From: an uncultured Parachlamydiaceae bacterium
GTDB taxonomy: Bacteria > Chlamydiota > Chlamydiia > Chlamydiales > Parachlamydiaceae
Direction: 5' to 3'
Length of the DNA: 64,000 bases
NCBI GenBank assembly: GCA_963752155.1
Contig: CAVVXH010000007.1
Coordinates: 1-64,000, forward strand
In this document: positions 1-13,604 of the stretch, one piece after another
How positions within the stretch are numbered: the stretch's first letter is position 1
Layout: each line of letters opens with the position of its first letter
Program-made: the position numbers and the translations under genes
The notes under the pieces: generated by a model
The model's input: the letters and a program-made list of their open reading frames with translations, nothing else
What the model was told of the DNA's origin: nothing
Database searches by the model: none

Positions 1-44
1 GCAAGACTGTGAGCATTTGCCGAGACTCGAATCATGCGGGTTTC

Positions 45-502
45 TCTTATTACTGCCATCGCCACTTTTATATTTAAGTGCTTTTTTTGAAGCCACAAGA
101 GACGTCTATTATAAACAACTTTATAATATTAGTAGCAGCGGCTCATGGAATGAATGGTTTTCTTATTTTCTAAATGGCGTTGCAGTACAAGCCCAAGAAG
201 CTTTATCTCGTGCTGAAAGGATTAATGCTTTTATTGTTGGTTGGCAAATTAAGGTTGGAGGTCGCTCTGAGATTGTTCAGCATATCATAAAATATTTAGC
301 TGTGAATCCCTATTGTACAATCAAAAAAATTGCTGAAAACAACAAAGTCGCTTTCACTACAGCTCAAAGAGCTCTTTGTAAACTTGAAAGTTTGGGTATT
401 CTTGCTCAAAATTCAATAGGGAAAGAGATCGTGTGTATTGCGCACACGATATTTTAAATATTTTGGAAGAACCAACCAAGATTATTCAACATTTTGATTT
501 AA
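45..502 (+). pseudogene. Fic-family protein C-terminal remnant (mirror copy)
   Basis: LLPSPLLYLSAFFEATRDVYY...WNEWFSYFLNGV; mirror of 26730-27190. Confidence 0.6.
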
Positions 503-649
503 GTTGAGTAGTAGAGCAAGAAGATATGATCCTTATTATCGTTTTCATCTGAAATCGATAATAAGGCCATTACTTATTTTCGTTTACGCGAAATTAAAAA
601 TAGGCTTATTTTCGATTTTCTCCATTTTCGAAAATAACTACCATAGATT

Positions 650-988
650 TTACATACAAAGCAGTTTTCCAAAATCGATTATCTTTATAAAATAATCGCT
701 TTGTAAAATTGGTTCGCTAACACCATTTACGTGAATGAGTACCGGACGGCAAGACATATATTTTTTTCTTTTTAATCTTTTAATTTTTTCTTTCACTTCC
801 TCTATGCTATCAACTTTATCTCTCTTGAATTTGATTTCGCAAATATAAAGACTTCCCTCTCTAGTCTGGATTAGAAAGTCGATCTGACATTTTTGCCGTT
901 TAATTGTTGGAGTCTGTAAAAATGGATTGGCATGAATGATGCTCTCTAACGGAATCCCCAATAGTTCGTAGATCATCTCGCCTACCAA
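650..988 (-). pseudogene. AAA-ATPase/PD-(D/E)XK C-terminal fragment (mirror copy)
   Basis: CQIDFLIQT...LYICEIKF; mirror of 26246-26584. Confidence 0.65.
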
Positions 989-1220
989 TAAATCTAGTCG
1001 ACATTAGTTCCTCCGCAATGGTTTATATTTTTCTATATTTTCAATATATCAAATTTCACACGCGAAATCAACATTTCTCCTTTTTTGAGTGGAATTTCTA
1101 GGCTTGAAAAAGCACACGCAAAAAAGGATAGAACTCGCAAAGTGAGACAGTTGCCTGTGGGGAAATAACTGGTTGTTTAGTAGATGCAACGATATTAGGT
1201 TATAAAAGTATAGGAAAAAA

Positions 1221-1636
1221 TTAAACGCAAAGCGAGACAGTTGCCTGCGGCGCCCCCTATTGGGAAATAACAAATTTTTAAAGCGCCTTGCCATTGGTGC
1301 CTGACCTGATATTCTGACATTTGCCTACAATGATGACATAACCTCCAGGAGGGCAAATGTCAGAATGTCAGGTCTGGAACCAAGGCTAAACGTTACCTCT
1401 TAGAATTAAGTATCTTGTTATTAATTGAAAACGACGCTTTTTTCAGTTGCGTAAATCTTGGGGGTAACGTTCCAGCCTTGGTTCCAGACCTGACATTCTG
1501 ACATTTGCCCTCCTGGGAGGTTACGTTATCATTGTAGGCAAATGTCAGAATGTCAGGTCAGGCACCAATGGCAAGGCGCGAACTTGTTATTTAGGAGGCA
1601 AGAAGGCACAAAAAGCGCAAATAGATCTTACATGTA
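1221..1636. mobile_element. Composite palindromic element with two GCCTTG-ended hairpins, 1285-1386 and 1475-1577 (mirror copy)
   Basis: Same sequence family as 25597-26015 and 57789-58284. Confidence 0.7.
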
Positions 1637-1763
1637 AAGTATCGTAACAGCTAAGAACCTGATGTGTATGCGTGCGCGTACCTTACAAGAGGAAAAATAC
1701 AATAGACTTTTGGGATTCTTTATGATAATGTTAAAAACTTACCAACCTTTAATACGGAGGCAT

Positions 1764-2308
1764 ATGCAAGTTTTTATAACCATCAGTTTTTTCATCCTTA
1801 TTTTTTTTAATATCAACAAGGCTGACGCAAAACCTTGTGTTTTTTGCAGACAAGAAATCATTGAAAACCAATCTGTATTTCAAAGTGATCATTTTAACAT
1901 TCTAGTGAGTTATGAACCTCGAGTAAAAGGACATCTTTTAGTTATTCCCAAAAGACACTTAGTAAAAGCTCATGAACTTTCAAAAGAAGATATATATGGG
2001 CTGAACTTTATGTTATACTCCCAAAGTGATAAATCTTCTCAAAAGTTTTGCATACAGATCAGTACATCGTCTTAGAAAAAAATGGCCCTTTAGCTTTCCA
2101 AGATGTGCCACATGTTCACTTTCACCTTTTACCTATCACTACTCAAACGTGGTCTGAAATTGTCGATATCATACCAAAACAATTGAGCAAAGAAGCGCTC
2201 GAAGAAGAAATTGCCTCATTTCGCTTATATTTTTCTTCATTTAGTTATCTGAAATCTCCAAACATAGGAAGGCCGCTTTTAGATGTCTCTCGGGAAGCTT
2301 CCTCCTGA
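1764..2308 (+). CDS. HIT-family hydrolase (mirror copy, frameshifted near 1990-2045)
   Basis: HVHFHLL motif; mirror of 24929-25471. Confidence 0.7.
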
Positions 2309-3861
2309 ATAACATCCCAATGTTCTGTAAGAATGCCATCGGTTATACGTAGAATATCTACGACTATCCAAGATGTTGGTTGGCCGAAACCTGAAAATCT
2401 TCCATGGAGCATCACCAGATCACCTTCCGCGACGATCATTCCTGGCTCATACTTTAAGGTTGAAGGCATGCCCTTGATTAAATTAAACAGACCTTCTCGT
2501 CCAGGTGGAATATGAGCACTATGTTGAATGTAATTGGGGGGCCAAAAACGCTCTGCCTCACATAGTCGCGCATATTAAATAGTGTGTCAAATGCTTTGAG
2601 GACAGTTTCTTTATTTTTTGATAAACAACGCAAACTACTACTAGCAGCAACTTGAGCTTTACTCGCATTAAGACAACTGTCAAAATAAAAAGGAGAATCT
2701 TGAAGTTGGGAACAAAATGGATCCGACAATAAACTGTCACATTGCTGTTCGTAAATAGGATAATCTGTGTAGCCGTGGAAATCAAAAGTGTAGAATGTTT
2801 TACGATCATAGTCATTAAGCGGCAATCCAAATTTGATACGCTTGGGTAAATCCGGATTCGAGATAAAATGCCGTCCGAATGCAACTAGATCTGCATCTCC
2901 TTTTTCCACAACGGCCTTCGCAGTATTCGGTTCAAAACCTCCTGCAGAAATGATTTTTCCTTTAAAAATCTTGCGCAATCGTGCCGCCGCAATTGGATCT
3001 TGCCCCTCAACAATGAGTATATTACCTTTGACCCGCGGCTCAATAATGTGAAGGTATGCCAGGCTAAAACGATTCAACTGTTCTGAACATAATCGAAAAG
3101 TGGAATCGGATTGCTATCCGACATCGAATTCCACTTTCCACCAGGTCCAATACGTACACCTACACGACTGCCGCCCCATACCGAGGCCAAAGCCTCTACA
3201 ACCTCTAGTAAGAAACGAGCACGGTTCTCGATCGGCCCACCATAGACATCCGTTCGCTTGTTACTACCATCCTGAAGGAATTCATCAAGCAAATAACCAT
3301 TGGCTGCATGAAGTTCGACTCCATCAAAGCCGGCTGCTTTCGCTCTCTCGGCAGCCTTGCGGTAATCTTCGACGATGAGGGGAATTTCAAAAATATCGAG
3401 AGCTCGATGAGGTGATGGTTTGCTCCAACCATTAGGCGTAGAGACACTAAGCGTTGATTTTTCCCAATACTCCGGTATGACTGAAGGCGCCACAGGCATC
3501 GCACCATTGGTCATGACGCTATTTGAAGAACGACCCACATGCCATAGCTGAGAGAACATTTTTCCCCCTTTTGCATGGACGGCGTCCGTGATGTGCTTCC
3601 AGCCTGCGACCTGTTCGTCAGAATACAATCCAGGAGCTCCAAACCATCCACGCCCGGTAATTGAAATCGAAGTTGCTTCTGAGATGATAAGCCCCCCTTC
3701 TGAAGCTCGTTGTGTATAATATTCGAGCATCAACTTTCCGGGGACATCACCCGGTTGTTCAGAACGAGAACGAGTCAGCGGAGCCATCACTACACGATGT
3801 CCTAATGATATAGGCCCATTGGTACCGGTGCAAAAAGATTTAGAGCTACAGTAGAACTCAT
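2245..3861 (-). CDS. Old-yellow-enzyme alkene reductase-SnoaL fusion (mirror copy with indels)
   Basis: Split into three ORFs here; intact at 23373-24992. Confidence 0.7.
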
Positions 3862-4095
3862 GCCAATCCCCTTTTAACAGTGATAAAAATTCTAAATGTG
3901 CCAAACATTAATTTTTTGATACACTGCACCTAATTTTTTTGCACGAGGTTTATTAGGAGGCTTCGAAGTCACTACAATTCCTAAAAGTAGCGAGACGACG
4001 ACTATCACCTTGTAGTCAAGTTGTAGATCTGTATGTACGGAATTTAGAATACCGGGGTTTTTAGAATTTAAACCCCGGCGCTGAATAAGACTAAA

Positions 4096-4641
4096 TCATT
4101 TTCTCCCATCATTCATACCGAACATTTCTCTGCGAATATCTTCTTCACTAACGTCCTCAGCATCTATCGCATTTGTTATTAATGTGCGCGATGCAAGTAT
4201 AAAAGGGTCATCTGCATCCTCTATAAAAGGAGTCTCAGCAAGCGACTCAAAGAAACCGTCTTGATATCTCATTGGAATACCATCAAAATCGCTGGGCAAT
4301 CCTAAGCGTTTAGATATCTTCCCAATTATCTCGTTATATTTGTCGACAATCGTTTCTGAATCTGGAAGTCGTTCCTCTAATTGTAGTTCACCTACAATTC
4401 TTATGCAATGATGAGCTACGTCGCGAAGATGGTCACGAAGATGATCACGAAGAAAGTCCCGCTGTTTTTCTGGAAACCTATTAACATCGTTCTCTAGAGA
4501 TTTGAAAGCTTCCTCTGTTGCCTCTACTATTTTAGTTGCACAATCGTGAACAGATAAAGAAGGATCAACTAAAGAGTTTGATGTAAGAAACGTTTCCTCC
4601 GCGCCTATTCGACTATTTATTCCACTATTTAATCCGTCCAT
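4096..4641 (-). CDS. Hypothetical protein (mirror copy)
   Basis: Mirror of 22593-23138. Confidence 0.6.
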   Translation of the reverse strand: MDGLNSGINSRIGAEETFLTSNSLVDPSLSVHDCATKIVEATEEAFKSLENDVNRFPEKQRDFLRDHLRDHLRDVAHHCIRIVGELQLEERLPDSETIVDKYNEIIGKISKRLGLPSDFDGIPMRYQDGFFESLAETPFIEDADDPFILASRTLITNAIDAEDVSEEDIRREMFGMNDGRK

Positions 4642-5001
4642 TTTAGTCCTCCTTTCAAAATTAAATTAATAAATAATAGCGTATACTTAAAGTCGAGTAT
4701 TCGCCACCTAATTTTTATTGTAACATAAATAAACACAAAATTAGCAACACCAAAAATTTGACTTTCTCTTTTATGAGGTAAATATTTTCTAGGATTGCTT
4801 CGTCCCCCACTTTACAAATTATTTCTTATAGTGCAAATTTTGTGCCAGGGTCTGAGGTGAATAAATTTATGAAGAATTTTTCCAATAATGAAAAAAAATG
4901 AAAGAACAATATTGCTATATAATCTCTCATTGATAAAATAGCCTTTATATATTATTTGCCCATATGCCATTTTGCTTTCAACCAATTAAGAAGGATTTTT
5001 T

Positions 5002-5643
5002 ATGAATTTTATGCAACAATGTGAACTGTTTTTTTAATGAGATTCGTTATTAAATTTTCGATCAAAAAACCTTAACTGAAGATCCAGTAAAAGATTTAAA
5101 ATAAGATATGTTATTAAATATTTTTTCACATTTAAGTAATGTTGATCTATCCAGCGTTATAGAAGTTTGTAAAGATTAGAAGAAAATTGGTGTTAATGAA
5201 TCGATTGAATGTTCGCCTAAATATTTACAATTATTTACCAGATCTTTTGTAGCTAAGAACCCTGAATTTCATGATAACTTTTTATGCCTGTTGGAAATGG
5301 GGTTGAACCTATACTACCTGAAAGTCTTACTGATTTTAAATTATTGGCCTCTATAGAAAAATCTATTCCAAAAATAAAAATGAATTTATCCATCAATGAC
5401 GATTGTCCCAAAATAAAAAAGATAAAAGATCCTTTTTGGCAATCAATTGCTTGCTTGACTATTATTAAAGCGTTACCTGAAAATAAGAAACTTTCTTGTA
5501 GTGAGCTAGACGCCTCTCTAGATGTAAGAGATCTTATGAAAGATCAATTTTTGAAAGCAAAGGCTAACGACGAAATAGAAACAAGAAAACCCACCTTTGA
5601 GATTTCTTCCCCTTTTCCGGAACCGGGCCAGGAATATAATTAG
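5002..5643 (+). pseudogene. F-box protein pseudogene (mirror copy)
   Basis: DMLLNIFSHLSNVDLSSVIEVCKD* with in-frame stops. Confidence 0.55.
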
Positions 5644-7350
5644 GAAAGTTTTCGTTTCATTTAAATTTTTTAATTTTTATGCAAAAGATCACTAGCTCCG
5701 AATGAAGAGCCATTCGTATAACCCATAGCTTCCCCTTCAAGGCTACGCTATGGGCCTCTTAATTAAAACGATCATAGAAAAAAAACCTATTGTAGCTCAT
5801 CATATCATTCTGTTTTTTTTGATCTTTCTATTTATTGAAGTTTACTCCTACAACAATAATATTTTAACCATTATCTCTTGTAGATATCATTATTGAATCA
5901 AAGTTAAATAAATTTCTGATGTTTCTTTAGAATTTCCTAAATTTTAAAGCTCCTTGCCATTGGTGCCTGACCTTTATAATACACTCCTTTCTCATGATGA
6001 CCATGAGGGAGAAAGCTTAAAATAAATCCACAATCTCTAGATCCTTAAATCGCCTGTCAGACAAGATAGAATGTATGCTGTTGTTCATTAAAGATTTTTC
6101 TGTCCCATTTACAAACATCTCTATTTCATTTTAATTATTCAATTCCCTATAATGATTCGCAGATGAATGTTCATCTACAAGAATAAACGCAACCTCCATT
6201 TTATGAGGAGTTGCGCTTGCAAATATTCTTTGATTTATAAAGGAGATTGTAATGATTACATCAATTCAGAGCCTAACATATTTGAATTGTCACGTATTTT
6301 TTTGCATGACAAATCAGATCTAATAAACATTTCCCTGTCCGCAACTTCCACGCTCAGCTATTGCTCACCATAAGATTCAGTGTGTGACCTGAATTACCAA
6401 AAGTGTTAAGAGAGAAATCACCAAAGAAGATGGTGACATAGAGGAACAAATATTAGCTCTCGATTCCCCTAAAACTTTTGGAGAGCTTGTAGCTAACCCC
6501 AGGATCTGAAGACTTAGAATCCAAATCTATATGCAATAAATTGTCTTCTTTCAATTGCACTAGGTATTTGACTTATTCTCTCGATATCATTTAATTCTTT
6601 TTCTGAAAGACCACGCACATGCCACCTTGAAAGTGCAAGCTTAAATTCTTTAGCTCTACTTATAGCTGTGATAAATACATTTGCCACATCTAATTCTAGC
6701 AGCACTTTCAACGCAGAGAAAAGAAAAAGGTTGCTCCGACCATTTCTCATAGTGGAAATAAAGCGAACGTTCAACTTAAAATTGCTAAAATTGACCCTAA
6801 TCATGACCTCACGGAAGCTAGAAAGGCGGCTAGAGTCGTTAGAGGTCCTTTAACGCGAGTTAAAGCGTTCCTTGAAATTGCTAAAGTTGATCCTGATCAT
6901 GATCTTACTGAAGCTAAAAATACTGTTTCATTAATTATTGAAGATCACACAAAAGCTGAAGCTTTATTTGAAATTGCTAAAGTTGAGTTCATCCTTAAAA
7001 TGAATTTAGGAAACTCCTCGAAGGGCAAATGTCAGAATATCAGGTCAGGCATGGGGAGAAACAAAACGACGTTTTTCGACCAAAAGCTTGCCATTTCTTC
7101 CTCCCCCATTTCCGGATCCAAAATATGTGACTTCTAATTAAGTATGCACCCTTGATTATAACATCCAAAAAGTCTTTAAATGTTATAATCAGGGGTGCAT
7201 CTTTAATTAGAAGTCACATATTTTGGATCCGGAACCAAGGCTCATCCTAGAATTTGCTTCTCATTATGATTACGCTTTACACAGATGTCTGGAATGCCTA
7301 GAGGCTACGTGGCTGCACTCAACATCGGAATGATAAGCTACAGTTCACTC

Positions 7351-8373
7351 TCACTCTTCTCTTTTACCGTCAAAACTTGTTAGACGAATATCCCAATAGC
7401 CTGGAGCTTGTGGAATTTTATCATTGGTCCAGAATAATGAATGAACCGAAAATTCTGATAATTTTACATTTTTGCCTGCTAATAGTCTAAGCAGAACCCA
7501 GTGCAAAGAATTTACATCTTCTTTCGGTAGTTTATCGTGCTCTTCAGTTTCTATAAAAATCTTGGCTTTTTCTCGTGTCAGTTTAGAAGTATCGAGCCCT
7601 AAGAAGAAAATAATTCCAGAGTGTGTTCTTTGGTCAATTCGGGTTCGCAATGTTTTTCGATCCATCTTCGGCATAAAACCCCTTCTCCTCGTCCACTTCT
7701 TCTTTAGCATTCTCCAGCGACACTGGCACTTCGATAATCAGCTTCTCGCATCCCATTCGATGGATTTGCCATTGATCATTAGGATTAAAAATCAATGCAA
7801 CAATAGTTTTTGTTTTGAGTGTACGTTTGTAATCCGGATCTGTCCCTTTATCGATGTGTGTAACGTCAACCATAAGGGCAATGGTTCCTCCAACAGATTT
7901 AGCGATGGATTTTTTTTCTTTGATGAGTGTTTCACGAACGCGAGATAAACTTCTAAGGATTTGACCCTCATAACCCGCATATTTTTCGCCGGTGCACTCA
8001 TTAAATATATCGAATAAATAACGGATTTTAGGAATTTGTTTTAATTTTGGTAAAGTTTGTAAGCCTTTCCAGTGATGTAAAATTTTAACTCCAAATAAAA
8101 GAATGCCTACAGGGAAAATGAGAGTGACAGCAAAAAGTGAAATTCCCTGCAATACTTTCCAAGAAAGGGGACTTTTTTTAGGCAAACGTTCAACTAGGCG
8201 AGGACCATTTAGATTTTCTGGTGTTGCGATGTAAGCATTATCTCCAAAATTAAAAATAAATTCTACACTGTTAACAACATATTTTACCAAATAGAGGGCT
8301 TCTGAGTAACTCTTGAGGTTTCATTTATTGGATCCCGGACATATACCGGACTAAAAAAATCAATGGACTCCAT
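7351..8373 (-). CDS. DUF648-like chlamydial protein (mirror copy, indels)
   Basis: Mirror of 18852-19880. Confidence 0.6.
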
Positions 8374-8766
8374 ATTAGTTCCTTTTTTATATCTTTAATT
8401 TATGATTTTTAGATTTTTGTGAAGTCATCCCTTAATTATATCGAAAAACTATATTTCATACAATCAAAATACCTCTTCAAAATATCAAAGAGATTAACCG
8501 GAAATTTCAGAAACAAATTTTTAACATATATCGACAAAATGTTCGGTCAATAAAAATAGGACGAATCGATCTGCCAATGATATTTATTTAATGAGAAAAA
8601 ATGAAAAGAAGCAGTAGTAACGTATGAGAGAATACATTTCCCGGTTGTTTTTAAACAAATATCTGGAAAGATATTTAGAGATATCTTAAATACAGGATGG
8701 TCCACTCTTTATAAAATCAAAGGAACTCATTGACTCGATTTCTAAAAACAATTGAAGGAGAAAGAT

Positions 8767-9246
8767 ATGTATCGTCTGGAATATAAGCAAAAATTGCCCA
8801 TATCATTACAGGAATCTTGGAATTTTTTTTCACAACCTGACAATTTGAAAACAATAACACCAGAGCACCTTAGCTTCGATATCACACAGGGAAATAAGGA
8901 AAAAATGTATGCGGGACAAATCATCGTTCACGTCATACGTCCAATTTGGAATTTCCCTCTAGAATGGATCACAGAAATAACCCATGTCCAAGAACCCCAT
9001 TATTTTATTGACGAGCAACGTTTAGGACCTTACAAATTTTGGCATCATGAACACCGATTTAATTCAATTCCCAATGGTGTAGAAATGATCGACCTCGTTT
9101 ATTACAAATTGCCTTACGGCCCTTTAGGTAAAATTTTCCACTACATAAAAGTTCAAAATGATTTAGAAACCATTTTCTCATATCGCCGTTCTAAATTAGA
9201 AGAAAAGTTTGGATCCTATCCAGAGGAAATCGAACATGGAAATTGA
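8767..9246 (+). CDS. SRPBCC-family protein (mirror copy)
   Basis: Identical protein to 17979-18458. Confidence 0.75.
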   Translation: MYRLEYKQKLPISLQESWNFFSQPDNLKTITPEHLSFDITQGNKEKMYAGQIIVHVIRPIWNFPLEWITEITHVQEPHYFIDEQRLGPYKFWHHEHRFNSIPNGVEMIDLVYYKLPYGPLGKIFHYIKVQNDLETIFSYRRSKLEEKFGSYPEEIEHGN

Positions 9247-10122
9247 AGATTTTAACATCGAAAAAGAAGCGCTTCAATCAAACTTACAAAAACGACTAAA
9301 AAATGCCGAAAAAAAAGTGCTCTCCCTAAAATTTGCTCTTTCACAATGCCTGAATTGGTCTGAAATACATCACGAAGGAATTTTACTACAGGCCAACTTA
9401 TATCGAGGGAAGAAAATGCCAATAGCTTAATTGTCGAAGACTGGAAAGATGAAAACAATAAGAGAGAAATCAAACTTTCTGCTCCCTTCAATCGCCAAAA
9501 TGAGATCGCTCGACGTATAAATCAAAGCAAACGTCAACGCGCGGCCATTCCTCGCCTAAAAATCGAAATAAATAAAGCCGAAACTTTCAAAAATCAGCTC
9601 CAACAGAAACTAGAATCCTTAAATTCTATTTCTGAAATGGCGGATCTCATTACATTACGTAAAAAGTTCAACTCCGAAGAAAAAAATCAAAAGCATATCC
9701 CTAAAAAAAACAAACTAAAGCTTTGCCTTATCGTGAATTTTGGAGTCGTTCAGGCCTTCGCATCTGGGTAGGAAAAAAAGCTAAGGATAATGATACTCTT
9801 ACCTTTAAACTAGCCCATGGTTCCGATTTTTGGCTGCATGTGCATGGATATCCCGGTTCTCATGTTATTATCAAAATTAACAAAGGCAAAGATCCGGATG
9901 CAGATACAATACAAGATGCCTTACAGCTTGCCCTCTACTATAGCCAAGCAAAATCTCAAGGGTCAAGCAGATGTATTAATTACGCAAAAGAAGTATGTTT
10001 CTCCGTTCGGAAAAGGGTCCTAAAACTGTGGAAAAGTGCAAATTTCTAAACACAAATTAATTTTTGTCAAAATAGATTCACAACGTCTAGAAACTCTTAG
10101 ACAGCACCAGGCTCGGTCATAA
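9236..10122 (+). CDS. NFACT RNA-binding (DUF814) domain protein, divergent allele with indels
   Basis: IWVGKKAKDNDTLTF...DFWLHVHGYPGSHVII; homologous but not identical to 17111-17989. Confidence 0.7.
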
Positions 10123-10470
10123 ACTTGGAGTGGCCTGGCCTATCACCGCCTTAGCCTTGGTTCCAGACCTGACATTCTGACATTAGCACTTTTAAGAGAT
10201 CTTGTTTTCATTTAGGCAAATTTCAGAATATCAGGTCAGGCACGAATGGCAAGGCTATTTTCATGATTAGAGCCTCTTGGTTCTAACTTTCAAAAAAGAT
10301 TGATTCAAAAGCATAATCGGAATGATGAGCTACAATTTGCGCAATTTTTAACTGTTTCGATTTCAAAGCGGGGCATTTTTCTTATAAAACTTATTAAAAT
10401 ATTGAACAAAATATTTTTATTTGATATATATATTGGTATGTCTTCAATACCTTTCAAAAGGAGTACTCTT

Positions 10471-10909
10471 ATGAACTTACGTCATCTTTTCCTTGGGCTT
10501 GTAATTGCTTCCAGGAGCCATGTTCGCAGAAAACCTAACCGGTCATTATCGTGTAAACGGCTACGACACAACTAGTTCCCCTCCACAATATGAAGGATGG
10601 GCTGAAATTAATCGATATAAGGCAACCTCGGTTGCAACCCGATACTCACCCAGATGATTATTACATCATCGAATGGCATTATTCAGATTTTCAATCAATT
10701 AGTGGCATCGGCCTAAGAAAACATGACTACATCGCTTTTGATTTCACAGGAAATGAGGATCCTACCTACAATGGTGTACAGCTCTATCGAATTGAAGAAG
10801 GTGATAAAGAACATCATCATCATAAGTTAATTTTAGAAGGCCCTTGGATTAACCCGGGGTGGAGATAGTATCAGTCATGAACGATTTGACAAAGGTCGAT
10901 AATCACTAA
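10471..10909 (+). CDS. Secreted hypothetical protein (mirror copy, indels)
   Basis: Mirror of 16329-16763. Confidence 0.55.
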
Positions 10910-10994
10910 GCAAAACATACTTTCACTCCTTAACCCATACAGCATCCATCGCTGATGGGTGTTCTATTCATTTTCCTTTAAGTATTAAGATAAT

Positions 10995-11815
10995 ATGTCA
11001 AATTCCCCTGCCCCTCAACGCTCTTCCGAATCAGCTATTGAAGTGATTGAATTAAGCCATCGCTATGACTCCTGTTTGGCCGTTGATAAGGTCTCTTTTA
11101 ATGTTAAGTCTGGTAATACCTTTGGACTAATTGGACCGAATGGAGCAGGCAAAAGCACCACAATCAAGATGCTCACGACCTTATTACCGGTGACTTCCGG
11201 TAATGCCCGCATCAATGGATATAGTATTGTCGAAAACCAACCCAAGTGCGTCAATGCATCGGATATGTTCCACAAATGATTTCTGCAGATGGAGAGCTTA
11301 CTGCGTATGAAAACCTCCTGCTTTCAGCTAAATTATATGGTCTTACTCATGACTTTAGACAAAAAAGGATTCATGAGGTTTTAGAGTTTATGAATTTAAG
11401 GAAGTTAAAGATAAATTGGTTAACAGTTATTCCGGAGGAATGATCCGGCGCTTAGAAATTGCACAAGCTTTGGTTCATCAACCGACGGTGCTATTCCTTG
11501 ACGAACCGACGGTGGGACTAGATCCGCTGCTCGCAAGCGCTTTGGAAACATATTCATGAACTGAATAAACGCATAGGTATGACTATCCTAATGACGACAC
11601 ATGATATGGATGAGGCGGATTCGCTTTGCGATGTCGTAGCTTTCATGCATTTAGGAAAAATCATTGTCATGGATACTCCCCATAAACTAAAGGCTGCTTT
11701 AGGCCCAAAAGCCACTCTCGATGATGTATTCATTCTCCATACAGGCAGTTCATTAAAAGAAACGGAAGATTATTCCCATGTAAAACAAACTCGGAACACC
11801 ATCTCCCACTTATAA
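10995..11815 (+). CDS. DrrA-like ABC ATP-binding protein, divergent allele with indels
   Basis: [22 protein letters not shown]; central part differs from 15425-16249. Confidence 0.7.
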
Positions 11816-11891
11816 TCCTAGAAACGGCAGTTCAAGAATTGCGTCAATTTATCATCTTCAACTGCCGTTTCTTCAAGATATTAACAACCAA

Positions 11892-12867
11892 TTAATTTTT
11901 ACCTATTTTCAATATAATCTTACCGGCTGTTTTTCTATTTTCCAACTGTTGATGTGCTTCTGAGGCTTTTTCAAGCGGAAAAGTATGATCAATGCGCAGT
12001 TTCAACCAACCTTTCTCAATTCCCTCCATCACAGCCTTTGCACGCATCATCAGCTCTTCTGTGTTCAAAAGGTAATTAAATAACGATCCTCCAGAAATTG
12101 ATAAGGAATGAATCATCAAGCTATTCGGAACGATAGGGTCTGCAGGACCACTTGCAGCCCCAAAGATCACGATATTTCCACGGAGCGCAGCTGCCTGCAA
12201 ATTGCCCGGAAAAGTTGTTTTCCCTACCCCATCGATGATTAAATCGGCTCCATGATCATTGGTTAAACGCTTTATTTCTTTTACAAAATCTTGTTTAGTA
12301 TAAAGGATCACTTCATCGGCTCCCGCGTCTTTAGCGATCTTTGCTTTTTCTTCGGTCGAAACAGTCCCGAACACTTTAGCGCCTAAATGCTTTGCCCATT
12401 GGACTAATAAAAGACCCATTCCTCCGGCTGCTGCATGAATTAAAACGATATCACTAGATTTTATCTTTCGAAATTCGTGGAGCAAAATAATGGGCTGTCA
12501 TACCCTGTAAAGGAAATGCTGCGCCCTGCTCAAAAGAAAAATCGTTTGGAAGAGGAATTAAATGATCTGCTGTAATCAAACTTTGTTCAGCATAGGAACC
12601 GGGTTCGTGCACATATGCAACACGATCACCGGGTTTTACGTGACTCACACCCTCGCCGATGGCTTCAACCACTCCAGCGCCTTCCAATCCCGGAGTGTAG
12701 GGAAGTTTAACTTTATAAAATCCGTTGCGCTGGTAGACATCAATAAAGTTAACTCCAGCAGCCTCTAAACGGAGTAAAGCTTGACCGGGACCGGGTTTAC
12801 CTATTTGAACATCGGAAATTTTTAAGACTTCAGGACCACCATACTGAGACATTTGAATTGCTTTCAT
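11892..12867 (-). CDS. qor: Quinone oxidoreductase (mirror copy, one frameshift)
   Basis: Mirror of 14376-15350. Confidence 0.75.
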
Positions 12868-12950
12868 AAATTACCTTATATTGATCAACATTTTGGGGTA
12901 GAGGCTTATTTACGAAAGTACTGATTTACGATTTTTTTGCCAAGCTCGAC

Positions 12951-13604
12951 TTATTGATCCTGTAAAAGCCATTTATAAATAGAAATCACTTCAACTCTAC
13001 CAAACTCCATAGAGATAAATTCTTCTTCATCTAGAGTTATAATAAAAGCACTTGTATGCTTTAACTCCTTCATAGCTAAATTAAGAGCTGTTAGTTCACG
13101 TTCTCTAGTTTTCAGATCAGATAAACTTTCAGAAACTTGTATCAAGAGATCAATCTGCAATCCTTTTCTAACCAAAAAATCAACTTCTAGATTTCCTTTT
13201 GTTCGGTAATAAAATATATCTTTATAGCGACGTCGAAGTTCCAGATACACCACATTCTCTAGGTACTTTCCACGATTTTGGGAAAATCGGAAAGCGATTT
13301 GCCTTATCAAACCAGTGTCAACGGCATATACTTTTTTCTGCGCTGTAGTCTGTTCTCCAACAGAAAAAGAAAACTTATCAACAGTAAAAATGAGAAACGC
13401 ATTTTCTAAATAATGAATAAAATCTTTTACTGTATTAACGCTTCCAAGCTGAAGCATATTTTTCAAATTGGAATAGGAAATGAGCACCCGACATTACTCA
13501 TCAAATATAAAGCAAGCTCTCTCAAGGCCTTGACAGCCTTGATTTGATATCCGACAATGATATCTTTATAAAGAATATTATCATAGACCGAATGGAGCAC
13601 CGTC
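12951..13604 (-). CDS. AAA_14/DUF4143 ATPase 3' part (mirror copy)
   Basis: Mirror of 13638-14292. Confidence 0.65.

Noticed and set aside
1764..13604. Pseudogenisation of a duplicated gene set
   Set aside because: The indels are confined to the mirror arm and fit low-coverage read error
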